Origin: an uncultured Anaerolineae bacterium | GTDB lineage: Bacteria > Chloroflexota > Anaerolineae > Promineifilales > Promineifilaceae | Assembly: GCA_965368765.1 (NCBI GenBank) | Contig: CBDUOF010000001.1 | Coordinates: forward strand, 1-51,915 | Reading direction: 5' to 3' | DNA: 51,915 bases | Shown: one piece after another, positions 10,411-20,700 of the stretch | Position numbering within the stretch: position 1 is the stretch's first letter | Layout of the letters: each line of letters begins with the position of its first letter | Notes under the pieces: generated by a model | Database searches by the model: none | Told to the model about the DNA's origin: nothing | Seen by the model: only the letters and a program-made list of their open reading frames with translations | Made by a program: the position numbers and the translations under genes

Positions 10411-11601
10411 ATGAATGACGAGCGTAAAATGATATTGACGATGTTGGCCGAAGGCAAAGTATCGGCCGAAGAAGCCAATTTACTGCTAGAGGCGTTGACA
10501 ACCAGTGAGGCAAAACCGATTCCGCCAACGCCACCTGCCCCTCCCAAGATGGTGGCGCCGCCCGAATTTGCCAATCAATTCCGCTGGGGAAACCAGGGAC
10601 CGCCCCGCCACGGCAACCAGCACGTCACGCCCGAGTATGTCGAAGCGATGGCGCGAGTTGGCCTAAAGAATCTTATGCCAGATGAACTCTGGCAGCTGCA
10701 AATCCACCACGTGCGCCCTGGCTATATTCAGCAACTGCAGGCCGCTGGCTTAACCGATCTCTCTGTTGATGATATTGTGCAAATGGCAATTCATCACGTG
10801 CGTCCTGAGTTGATTCAGGAAGTACGCAGCCTGGGGCTGTCTCATCTCACGGTGGACGATGTGGTGCAGCTTGGCATCCACAACGTACGCCCTGAATATT
10901 TGCGTCAGGTGCAGGCTTTGGGGCTGACCGATCTCAGTGTAGATGATATTGTGCAGCTAAGTATTCACCGCGTGCGCCCAGAAATGATTCAGGCAATCCG
11001 TGAACTGGGACTGGATGATTTATCAGTAGATGATGTGGTTCAACTTGGCATTCACAACGTACGGCCGAATTTGGTTCGAGAAGTGCGGGCCATGGGGCTG
11101 AACGATCTGACCATTGACCAAATTGTGCAGCTAGGTATTCACAACATCCGGCCAGAGCTCATTCAGCAGCTGCAAGCCTTTGGCTATGACTCCCTTTCTT
11201 TGGACAGCATTGTCAGCCTGGGTATACATAACGTGACGGCCGATTATATTCGAACGATGCGGGGATTTGGCCTGACCGATCTGGATACGGATCAGCTCGT
11301 TGCCATGCGTATTCATGGCGTTGACCCGCATTTTGTAGAGCGAATGGGTCAGCTCGGATTACCGGATTTAACAGCCGATTCCCTCATCTCGATGCGGATA
11401 CACGACGTACGCCCCCAATTTGCCCAAAAAATGCAGGCGGTCCTTGGTAAACAACTCAGTGCCGACGATCTCGTTACGATGAAGATCCACGGCGTGTCTA
11501 CAAAGCTTGCCCAGCGGATGAAAGAGAAGCTCGGCGACATGCTTAGCGCCGACGATTTGGTCGAAATGGCTATTCGCGGCATGACGGAAGCGTATGGTTA
11601 A
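10411..11601 (+). CDS. SHOCT-like N-terminal domain protein with about eleven 29-aa repeats (LSVDDIVQLGIHNVRPExIxxVxxLGLxD)
   Basis: Start at ATG 10411, with GAAGGAG upstream. N-terminus is ERKMILTMLAEGKVSAEEANLLLEAL. A Pro-rich linker follows, then a long tandem array. It is a paralogue of the preceding gene. Confidence 0.7.
   Translation: MNDERKMILTMLAEGKVSAEEANLLLEALTTSEAKPIPPTPPAPPKMVAPPEFANQFRWGNQGPPRHGNQHVTPEYVEAMARVGLKNLMPDELWQLQIHHVRPGYIQQLQAAGLTDLSVDDIVQMAIHHVRPELIQEVRSLGLSHLTVDDVVQLGIHNVRPEYLRQVQALGLTDLSVDDIVQLSIHRVRPEMIQAIRELGLDDLSVDDVVQLGIHNVRPNLVREVRAMGLNDLTIDQIVQLGIHNIRPELIQQLQAFGYDSLSLDSIVSLGIHNVTADYIRTMRGFGLTDLDTDQLVAMRIHGVDPHFVERMGQLGLPDLTADSLISMRIHDVRPQFAQKMQAVLGKQLSADDLVTMKIHGVSTKLAQRMKEKLGDMLSADDLVEMAIRGMTEAYG
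10621..11598 (+). repeat. Tandem 87-bp (29-codon) coding repeats, about 11 units
   Basis: Protein units such as LSVDDIVQMAIHHVRPELIQEVRSLGLSH, LTVDDVVQLGIHNVRPEYLRQVQALGLTD and LSVDDIVQLSIHRVRPEMIQAIRELGLDD. DNA-level similarity is also visible (gatgatattgtgcag...cacaacgtacgccc). Confidence 0.8.
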
Positions 11602-11643
11602 ATTCATTGTTACGTCTATCTTTACTTGCTTTTATGGCCCGTT

Positions 11644-14055
11644 TCAACTGAGTAGAACGGCTTGAATCTGCTCATTTTTGGACAGTTTAAGCAGGGGAAA
11701 GCTTTTGCTACTTTCATCAAGGGGAAGGCTACTGGGTAGCGTAAGCAAACGGTGCGAAGTGAGTAAATAGCAGAAGGCGTTGTCTGGATTTGGTATGGCA
11801 GCAATGAGAGCGCTGCGGCGAGCAATGAGGGACTTGCCTTTGGCGTTGTCCTTGAGCGGTTGCGGAACCCAATCGGCCAAAAAGTGACGGCCGTATCCAT
11901 CCAGCGTAAGCAGCAAAATGGAATCGTCGGGTTGACAAAGAACAGCCGTTTCCACGCGATCCCCTTTAGCCACATTCATAAGCTGCGTGCCGGAGCCGCG
12001 CAGCTTATTCACCTCTGTGCGCAAACCCTTGCCGCCGCGCGTGAGCAAAAGCAATGTGGCAGCTTCATTCACGCCGTCTGGCGCACCATCGGCAAAAACA
12101 GGCACGCCAGGCAGCGGATTGTCGAACATCAGCGGGACGGGCGCTTCGATGCTTTCAATCATCACGCGGGTGGGATACGGCCGTGCCAGACCTGCCGACG
12201 TGACCAACAGCAACTTCTCCTGTGCCTTCACCTTATGCCATCGTGCCACGGTGCAAAGCACTTCCCGTTCACCCAGCTGGTATATCTGGCTTAACGTTAC
12301 CTTGGCCACCTGCTGCTCGGCAAGCTGACGCGGTGTCAGCAGCAAAAAGCGGTATTTGGAAGTAGTAATCAACAGCGGCTCATCCCAATCGGCCGTAATG
12401 GCCCGTTGACTAGCGCCGGACAAACCCAACTTATGCAGCGAAAGTGAGCCAGCAGATTCTTCACGCTCACTATCCCCGTAGCCGCTATCGTAGAACGCCG
12501 TTGGCAGAGGAACGGCCGTCGCCAATTGCCCTGTAGACAAAACCACCAGGGCCCGCTCAGATTGGGTCGATTCCGCCTCAATAACCCCCTCCTGCACCTG
12601 AATGCGTCGCCGCAGCATGTTTAGATTCACCGGGCTTACTCTGGGGCGATTGCTCTCGGCCGGCACTGCCGGGGCAAAGTCGGCAGGCGTGTAGGCACGG
12701 GCAGTTTCCTTACCCGTTTCCAGACCGTGGGCAATGATCCCCAGCCCGGCAGTAACGCTGCCAAACGTGTCAACACGGCGTACTTTTTCTGGCCCGAACT
12801 TGCGCTGCAACATCTCATCAAATGCCTGAACCTGAGAGGAACCACCGGTGCGAATAACGGCATCAATCTGCGCCGGCTTCAACCCGGACGCCAGCATCGT
12901 TTCATCAATATGGGCATCAATTTCCTGAATTTCAGCGCGAATAATCGTCTCAAACTCACTACGGGTTACAAACTCCTGCACCTTAAATCCTGGCCCTTCC
13001 AGCGTAATCGCGGCACCGCGCTTGTCGGACAGGGTACGCTTGGCCTGCTCCACAATGTCGAACATTTGCAGACCATAATTGCTGGAGACGAGGCTTTCCA
13101 GTGCCTCAATTTGATAGCGGCGCTGGGCAGTTTGGGCAATCTCGCGCAGCATCTTTTTGTTTTCGACCGTTTGCAGCTCTAAAATGGTTTGCCAGCTAGA
13201 GAATGAATCGAAGATCCAGCTTGGAATGGTGAGCGCTTTGTGGCGCGGTCCAAAATAGCTTCCCTCGCCAAAATGGCGCGGCAGCTTGGCACGGACCAGC
13301 TTCTGGTCAAACACGTCCCCAGCCACGGGGATACCGCCAGTCGCCAGCACGCGTTCCTGGCTAGTGTCGGCCAGGCGCATCACCGTCAGGTCCAGCGTGC
13401 CACCACCAAAGTCGAAGACAAGAACGTTTTGCGGCGTGTCGATGCTGGTTTCGTAGCTGTAGGCAGCGGCGATCGGTTCGGGCTGCATGTAAACAATTTC
13501 GTAGCCTGCCTGGAAGGCGGCTTGCAGCAGCCGCGCCTGGGCTAACCGATCTTTTTCCGGGTCGGTGGAAAAGCGAACGGGACGCCCGAGCACCACCTGA
13601 CGGACGCTTTGGCCCAACTGCTGCTCGGCACGCGTCTTTGTAATGTTCAGGTAAAGGGCAATCAAATTTTCTAGCGAATAGTAGTGCTGGCCGATGACAG
13701 TGCCCGGATAATCGGAGTCTCGCAAGCTGGTTTTGATGGAGAGCAGCAGTCGCCCTGGCGAAAAAACATCGACGTAGACGTAGACGTCGGTGACGTAATG
13801 CATATCTGCCCCGCGTATCTCGATCTCGCCAATCCAAACCTTTCGGGTTTTGACAGGACGGCCGACGTTTTGCTCGAAGTAGCGGTTGAGGGCGTCGCGG
13901 CCAATGTAAATTTGTTGTTCGTTGGTGATGTAGAGGGCGGTGCGGGCGACGCGGGGGTTGTTGTTGGCGGGATCGAGGGGTAAGGTGGTTACGGAACGGC
14001 CGTTATACACCGCCATCCCTGAATTTGTGGTCCCAAAATCCATCCCCACAATCAT
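11644..14055 (-). CDS. Hsp70-family (actin-fold) ATPase with a non-canonical C-terminal repeat domain of about 320 aa
   Basis: 803 aa. N-terminus has MIVGMDFGTTNSGMAV and VLVFDFGGGTLDLTV, the phosphate-1 and phosphate-2 motifs of the Hsp70 NBD. The C-terminus lacks a DnaK substrate-binding-domain pattern and instead shows 5-6 LLLxT..G-type repeats. Confidence 0.8.
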   Translation of the reverse strand: MIVGMDFGTTNSGMAVYNGRSVTTLPLDPANNNPRVARTALYITNEQQIYIGRDALNRYFEQNVGRPVKTRKVWIGEIEIRGADMHYVTDVYVYVDVFSPGRLLLSIKTSLRDSDYPGTVIGQHYYSLENLIALYLNITKTRAEQQLGQSVRQVVLGRPVRFSTDPEKDRLAQARLLQAAFQAGYEIVYMQPEPIAAAYSYETSIDTPQNVLVFDFGGGTLDLTVMRLADTSQERVLATGGIPVAGDVFDQKLVRAKLPRHFGEGSYFGPRHKALTIPSWIFDSFSSWQTILELQTVENKKMLREIAQTAQRRYQIEALESLVSSNYGLQMFDIVEQAKRTLSDKRGAAITLEGPGFKVQEFVTRSEFETIIRAEIQEIDAHIDETMLASGLKPAQIDAVIRTGGSSQVQAFDEMLQRKFGPEKVRRVDTFGSVTAGLGIIAHGLETGKETARAYTPADFAPAVPAESNRPRVSPVNLNMLRRRIQVQEGVIEAESTQSERALVVLSTGQLATAVPLPTAFYDSGYGDSEREESAGSLSLHKLGLSGASQRAITADWDEPLLITTSKYRFLLLTPRQLAEQQVAKVTLSQIYQLGEREVLCTVARWHKVKAQEKLLLVTSAGLARPYPTRVMIESIEAPVPLMFDNPLPGVPVFADGAPDGVNEAATLLLLTRGGKGLRTEVNKLRGSGTQLMNVAKGDRVETAVLCQPDDSILLLTLDGYGRHFLADWVPQPLKDNAKGKSLIARRSALIAAIPNPDNAFCYLLTSHRLLTLPSSLPLDESSKSFPLLKLSKNEQIQAVLLS

Positions 14056-14289
14056 GGTTCACCTCCTGAGCCTACTTACCACAGGGCGCATCAAAAAGAT
14101 CGAGTAGAAACTTTGCTTTTCCGGTGCGCGCCAGGCATATTGTTCTTTTTTTCAAAATACCGTGAGTTAGCTGAGTGAATTTACCAGTCTAAACGTCAGC
14201 TGCAATTTCGTCAACTTTCCGGCGAATCTTGAAACTGCTGTTTTAGTTGCTGTTGTTCACAAAGGTGAATTGCCGTATAAACCACCGAT

Positions 14290-14844
14290 ATGGTAGAAGA
14301 TTGGGAAAAACTCAACAGTGAAGAGCTGGCGAATTATCGTATTTTTAAGATGCGGCGCGACGTGCGCCGATCACCACGCACGGGAGCTGAACATAGCTTT
14401 TTCGTGCTGGAATCGCCAAATTGGGTAAATGTGATCCCACTAACCCCCGAGGGCAAGGTGGTGATGATCCACCAGTTTCGCCACGGTACCGCACGCGTCA
14501 CGCTGGAGATTCCAGGCGGTATGATCGATGCCGATGACGGGGATCCGGCCAACTCGGTGCGGCGCGAGCTGCTGGAGGAGACGGGCTATGCAGCCACAGA
14601 CGTGATCCACATTGGCACGGTAGACCCAAACCCGGCATTTTTGGACAACCATTGCTACACCTATTTGGCACGTGGGGCGCGCTGGCAACAGCCGCCAGAA
14701 TTAGACGGTGCAGAAGATATTGCCGTGGAGGAAGTGCCTTTGGCCGATGTGCCGGGGTTGATTGCAAACGGCCGTATCAGCCACGCACTTGTTGTAGCGG
14801 CGTTTTATCATTATGAACAGTACAGGAAAGAAAACGAAACGTAA
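14290..14844 (+). CDS. NUDIX hydrolase (ADP-ribose pyrophosphatase-like)
   Basis: 184 aa. The Nudix box is GGMIDADDGDPANSVRRELLEETGY (GX5EX7REUXEEXGU pattern). Confidence 0.85.
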   Translation: MVEDWEKLNSEELANYRIFKMRRDVRRSPRTGAEHSFFVLESPNWVNVIPLTPEGKVVMIHQFRHGTARVTLEIPGGMIDADDGDPANSVRRELLEETGYAATDVIHIGTVDPNPAFLDNHCYTYLARGARWQQPPELDGAEDIAVEEVPLADVPGLIANGRISHALVVAAFYHYEQYRKENET

Positions 14845-14891
14845 AAAGTGAACCGTGAGACAACTCTTTTTACTCAAAAAAGCGGGAAGTT

Positions 14892-17681
14892 ATGGCAAAG
14901 TCAAGTAAAAGTAGAAAACTATTGAGCGAAGATATTCATCTGCTGGGCGATATTTTGGGTCAGGTCATTCGCCGCCAGGCCGGCGTGGAGATTTTCGAGC
15001 TGGAAGAGGGCATTCGGGCCTTGGCGAAGGCACGGCGCATGGATGCCAGTCCGGAAATTGATGCGCGGTTAGCACAAATTGTAAGCGGGCTTAGCGTAGA
15101 AAAAGCGGAGCTGCTGTCGCGTGCATTTGCCAACTATTTTGAGCTGGTAAATCTGGCCGAAGAGCAAAATCGGGTCCGGGTGCTGCGCGACCGGGAACGC
15201 AAGGCTCATCCACAGCCACTGAAGGAGTCGATTGCGGCGGCTATCGCCCAAATGCAGCAGTTGGGGGTGGATGCCTACGAAATGGAGAAGCTGCTCAACA
15301 AATTGCGCGTAGAGCTTGTGTTTACGGCACACCCTACCCAGGCCAAGCGCCGGACGGTGCTGTCCAAGCTGCGCCGTATCTCCACGGCGTTAACCGAGCT
15401 GCACGGCCGAAATTTGCTACCCACGGAACGGGCCAATTTCATGACCAACATTTTGGGAGAGGTGACGTCCCTTTGGCTGACAAACCGGACGCGAACGGCC
15501 GTTATTACGGTGACCGATGAAGTAAAAACCGGCCTTTACTATGTTGACACCACCATTTGGGACACCATTCCAGAAGTGTATGCCAATATGACGAAAGCGG
15601 TGGCAGACTATTACCCCGGCCTTACATCGCCCAATCGCTTTCTCACCTTCGGCTCCTGGATTGGCGGCGACCGGGACGGCAACCCCAACGTGACGGCTGA
15701 CGTCACGGCCGAGACGCTGCGGCTGCATCGCGGGTTGGCGGTGGTGGAACATCGCACCATGGCCACCCGATTAAACCGCTCCCTAACCATTTCTGACCTC
15801 CTGACACCCATCCAAACGGAATTCTTAGAGGCGTTAACGGCCGTTCAAGACAAATCAGAACACCTGGCCTTTTTAAAGAAACGGTATCCCAATGAACCAT
15901 ACCGACTGTGGGCGGCCGCGCTGGCTGAAGATTTGGCCGCAGCGGAAGCGGGCGACATGGTGGCCCGGCTAAAAGGACAGGCAAATCCGCCGCTAAGTTT
16001 GAAAAGCATGCGTGATCTGTTGGAACCGCTGGATTTGATGGACAAAACATTGCGCGAGAGTAAGCTGGATGATCTGGCGGCTGACCAGCTGGCACACATG
16101 CGGCGGCAGGCCCAGGTATTTGGGCTACACGTCGCCCGGCTGGACATTCGGCAGTACAGCGATTTTAATACGGCCGTTCTCCACGAAATTCTACAGAAGC
16201 TTGGCCTGCATAATGACTTTGACCAACGTGAGCCCAGCGAGCGGGCCAAAATCTTGTCCACGCTACTGGCTGGCCCCAATCCAGATCTGAGCCAGCTCTC
16301 AGAACTGTCACCAGATGCAGAGGAAACGTTGGCCCTGTTCCAGATTTTGTACCGTGCCTTCGATTTTTACGGCTCAGAACTGATTGGCCCCTATATTGTG
16401 AGCATGACCCACGGCCCCGAGGATATTTTGGCCCCTCTGCTGCTGGCCAAATGGCACGGCCTATGCCTGGATCCCAAGCGGGAGGATGAAGGCATGACGT
16501 TTGTGCCGCTGTTTGAAACCCGCGAAGATTTGCGCAACGCACCAGACGTGATGGCTGAGCTGTTTGACCATCCAGCCTATGCTCCCCATTTGGCACGGGT
16601 CAATCGGGAACAGACCATTATGATTGGCTATTCAGACAGCAATAAAGATGCGGGCTACATGGCGGCCAATTGGGAGCTGTACCAGGCGCAAGAGGTGTTG
16701 GCTAAAGCCTGCGTCGATCATGACGTGGAAATTATGCTATTTCACGGGCGGGGCGGCACGATTGCTCGTGGTGGCGGGCCAGCCAATCGGGCAATTTTGG
16801 CCCAGCCGCCCGGTTCGGTGAACGGCCGTATTCGTATTACCGAACAGGGGGAAGTGATTGACGAACGGTACGGTCACCCTGCCGTGGCGCGGCGTCACCT
16901 GGAGCAGGTGGTGCACGCCACGCTCATGGCCAGCGTCGATCCGCGCCATGGCGGCACGACGCGGCCACAGGATGATTGGCGGGCGGCGATGGATGAATTA
17001 GCGGCCGTTTCCTATAAAACGTACCGGCATTTGATCTACGAAACGCCAGAATTGCTTGAATATTGGGGCATGGCCACGCCCATCGCCGAAATTAGCCAAA
17101 TGCGTATCGGCAGTCGGCCATCGCGTCGCACGGCCAAAGCCACCTTCGCCAGCTTGCGTGCGATTCCCTGGGGCTTCAGCTGGATGCAAAGCCGCCACGT
17201 TTTACCTGGTTGGTATGGCGTCGGCGAAGCGTTGGAAGCGTACGGCAGTCAATCGCCAGCCCATGTGCGCCGCTTGCAAGAGATGTACCGCCAATGGCCC
17301 TTCTTCCAGGTCGTGATTGACAACGCACAGGTGTCACTGGCCAAGGCCGATATGGGCATAGCCAAACTGTATGCCGATTTGGTTGAAGACAAAGCGGTAC
17401 GAACCAAGATATTTGGCGAAATTGAAAGTTCGTTTGCTCGAACAGTCGCTTGGATTTTGCGCGTGACGGGTCAACGCGAACTGCTGGACAACGATCCAGT
17501 GCTGCAGCGTTCCGTGCGGCAGCGCAATCCGTACGTTGATCCGCTAAACTTTGTTCAGGTTGCCCTACTGCGCAAGCTGCGCTTTTTGCCAGAGAAGGAC
17601 AGCCCCAAGGCGCAGGAACTGCTCAATGCTATCTTTTTGACGATTAATGGCATTGCTTCTGGATTAAAGAATACGGGGTAA
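14892..17681 (+). CDS. ppc: Phosphoenolpyruvate carboxylase
   Basis: 929 aa. Hallmark motifs are VFTAHPTQAKRR, GYSDSNKDAG and FHGRGGTIARGGGP, with the C-terminal NGIASGLKNTG. Confidence 0.95.
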   Translation: MAKSSKSRKLLSEDIHLLGDILGQVIRRQAGVEIFELEEGIRALAKARRMDASPEIDARLAQIVSGLSVEKAELLSRAFANYFELVNLAEEQNRVRVLRDRERKAHPQPLKESIAAAIAQMQQLGVDAYEMEKLLNKLRVELVFTAHPTQAKRRTVLSKLRRISTALTELHGRNLLPTERANFMTNILGEVTSLWLTNRTRTAVITVTDEVKTGLYYVDTTIWDTIPEVYANMTKAVADYYPGLTSPNRFLTFGSWIGGDRDGNPNVTADVTAETLRLHRGLAVVEHRTMATRLNRSLTISDLLTPIQTEFLEALTAVQDKSEHLAFLKKRYPNEPYRLWAAALAEDLAAAEAGDMVARLKGQANPPLSLKSMRDLLEPLDLMDKTLRESKLDDLAADQLAHMRRQAQVFGLHVARLDIRQYSDFNTAVLHEILQKLGLHNDFDQREPSERAKILSTLLAGPNPDLSQLSELSPDAEETLALFQILYRAFDFYGSELIGPYIVSMTHGPEDILAPLLLAKWHGLCLDPKREDEGMTFVPLFETREDLRNAPDVMAELFDHPAYAPHLARVNREQTIMIGYSDSNKDAGYMAANWELYQAQEVLAKACVDHDVEIMLFHGRGGTIARGGGPANRAILAQPPGSVNGRIRITEQGEVIDERYGHPAVARRHLEQVVHATLMASVDPRHGGTTRPQDDWRAAMDELAAVSYKTYRHLIYETPELLEYWGMATPIAEISQMRIGSRPSRRTAKATFASLRAIPWGFSWMQSRHVLPGWYGVGEALEAYGSQSPAHVRRLQEMYRQWPFFQVVIDNAQVSLAKADMGIAKLYADLVEDKAVRTKIFGEIESSFARTVAWILRVTGQRELLDNDPVLQRSVRQRNPYVDPLNFVQVALLRKLRFLPEKDSPKAQELLNAIFLTINGIASGLKNTG

Positions 17682-17740
17682 ACCGCTGTCACTGATTTTC
17701 TTTTAAATTGTGCCCTGAATGCTGCTTGATGATGGATTGT

Positions 17741-20700
17741 TTATATTGTCATCAACCGACTATTTTCGCGGATTCGGTGGCTAAGTGTTTGGATAATGCC
17801 GTGGCTTATTTCGGGCCTATCGGCCATTACTTCACGCAGCGTTCCTTTTTCCAGTTGTAACAGCACCGTTGGCATGAGTGTAACCACGTCGGCGGACCGT
17901 GGTTCTGGATCAAAAATGGCTAACTCCCCCACAACTTCACCTGCTTTCAATTCGGTAACAGGCTTGCCGTTCTTTTGTACCCGCACGGCTCCCTCAACAA
18001 TGATAAACATTTCGCCAGCCAATGCGCCCTCATTGATAAACTGTTTGTGAGCGGGGAGTTCAATTATTTTCATGATTTGGGCGACAGAAGCAAGCACGGA
18101 TTCAGGAACCTGGCTAAAAATATTGGTTCCTTTTAAAAATGAAACTTTTTCAATTGTAAGCATGCTTTGTTCTCCTGAAGATTGATTTAAGGCCCATTGG
18201 GCGGTTTCTAGCGCAGACGGCCGTTTACCAACACCATTTCCGTTGGTTTCCTGCACAAACCGGGTAATTGATGCCGTCCATCGCGCAATGTCGCTGGTCG
18301 CCGCACCATAGATGGCACAGGCTTGCGTCCAATCATCAAACTGTTCTCCCATTCCGATAATCATATTGTTGAGCCAATCCTCGGCTGAGGCTTCAGGCAC
18401 AGAAACGTGCTTGCGCAATGCCGCCAGCCGTTCGCCGATTGTTAGCTCATTATCAATCAACGGCAGCAGCAGTTGCTTATGCGGTGTCGTGAAGATGAGA
18501 TCCACTGTTTCAATAACCTGTGCTTTTTCGTCGCCGCTGCCTAAATCTAAATAGTCACTCACTTGGCGCAAAACATGAGGATCATAAAGGAAAGAGAACA
18601 GAAGCAGAAGGCGTTGTTTGATCTGCTGGATTTCGGTGAGAAGCGCCGCATATAACCAAGAATATGCGCTTGCCGGGTCCACGGTGGCGGCGATGGTTAG
18701 CATGATGGCGGCTTGTTCAACTTCCGCCAAAACGGCCGTTTCAACCTGCAAAACTGCTTCCGGATCGTTGGCCTGGTAGCCGCACCGCTGCAGCGCGGTC
18801 AGCAAGACAAAACGCAGTTCACGGTTAGGATGTAGCAAATGGGGCAACAGGGTTGCCTTTGCTGCGCCATTGGCTAATGTGCCACTAAACCGAACCAGGC
18901 TAAGGCGCGTGGCGAAGTTCAGCCTGTTGTCGGTCAGAGAAGATTCAACATATGGTAAAACGGCCGTCCCATATGCCGCCAACGTACTGACGGCCGTTGA
19001 ACGGGTTTCTACCGACTCTAGTTGCGTAATTACCGCAGGTAACAAGGAAGGGTGGCACGCATTCCCCGCAGCTTGTAAAGCAAAGTTACGTACGTCAGGT
19101 GAGTCACTGAGCAATAATCTCTGCAGCGGCTGATAAAAGTTATGGTTATCCAGCGTAGCCAACGTTTCGGCCAATAGTAATTGATCAGCCTCTTTACTGC
19201 TTTCTGTTAGCGTTAATAGATATTGGCCAGCTTTTACATAACCGGCAATGCTTCCATGGCGAAGCAACCCAACCAAAGCCGCACGCCGCAGCGCGTGCTC
19301 CTCGGATTCAAGCAATCTTACGCCGTTTTCCAGGGCAATTTCTGTGCCAGTCGCAAGCAACGTCTGCAGCATTGCTGCACGCACTGGAAGACTGTTTGAC
19401 GCATTTAAATAGATATCTAAGGGAATCTGGGCCGCCAACGTTGGCTGTGTTTGCAGGCGACCGATCGCTTCCAGTCGCACGGCGTCATTCTCATGCTCAA
19501 CAAGATTTAGCAGCAGGGAACCGTAGTTGGGATACTCAGCCTGTTCCAACACATTGAGCGCTAACCGTACTTGAGCCAGGCTGTTGCTTTGCGCCAGATT
19601 GGTCATGATCTTCATTGTTTCTGGATCATCAAGCGTTAGATCGACTTCATTTAGAGTGCGCTGACTCAACTTCTCGAGTAACGTCGTTGTATAAAGCCGT
19701 TTGGTGCGCCAGCCATAATATGTCCAGGCAACGCAAACCAAAGCGGTGTAAGTAAACAGAAAGGCATCACTACTCAGGTTAAAGGCACGAAATAAAAGCA
19801 ATGAACCGCCAACAACGCCAAATCCCATTGGCTGGCTAACCGCTTCAACCACGGTGATTAACGCCGAGCGGCGCGCTTCTGGCAGCGCCTGATACATCGT
19901 CTTCATGGATGGTTCAGTCAGGCTGACAGAAAGGACAAAATCAGTAACGCGTGCCAAAACGGCCAACACAAAAACGAGGCTAACAAGGGGAAAGCCAGTG
20001 AGCTGTGTCAAAAACAAAGCCAGGATGACCAGGCCAGCTATGATGGGATTACTCATAATGCCAAAACTTAAGCCAAACCGTTTGAGCAAGCGACCAGCGG
20101 CTAACAGCAAAAAGAGCAAGGTCAAAAACGTACCAGCGGCCATAAAGTTGCCAAAGAATGACGCCAGCGATTCGGCCGTTTGAAAACGACGGGCTGCCTG
20201 TATCGTAAAAATGATGATGATCAGCTCTGTGCCATATCCGGAGAAAAAGCGATAGATAAAGATGTGGCGCGCATATGGTTGAGCCAGGACATCCCGCAAC
20301 GTTGCCTCAGACCTTTTGTCATTTGGCTGGCCAAATTCGCGGGGATAGTTATTCAACGTGAGCCAGGTAATTAGATATTGCAGAATACTAAGCCCCAGGC
20401 AAATCAACAGCAGATTGGAAACATTTCCAATAATATTGGTTAATACGGTAACGCTCAAGCCGCCAAAGATAACCGCCCCTGTCTGGCTGGCTAATACAAG
20501 CGGATATGAACGCTTCATTTGGCGAATATCAAACAGACGCGTAGCTTGTAACGTAATAATAATGACCTGGAAAATCAGAAGGGTATTGAAAAGGACCAGA
20601 AGCGCAAAAGAAATCCAGCGCACCGTTCCTGAGCTGGCTGCCAGCCAGCTCACCAAGTAAATTATACAAATAGTTGGGGTGACGGTGAGAAGAAGGCGTC

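Noticed and set aside
10621-11598. CRISPR-like regular periodicity
   Set aside because: The 87-bp period is in frame within a continuous ORF and encodes 29-aa protein repeats. There are no unique spacers and no cas genes.
17682-17740. Terminator between the convergent ppc and the 1063-aa gene
   Set aside because: There is only a 7-bp AT-rich inverted repeat (TTGATGA...TCATCAA) with a 16-nt loop and no clear U-tract, which is too weak to call.
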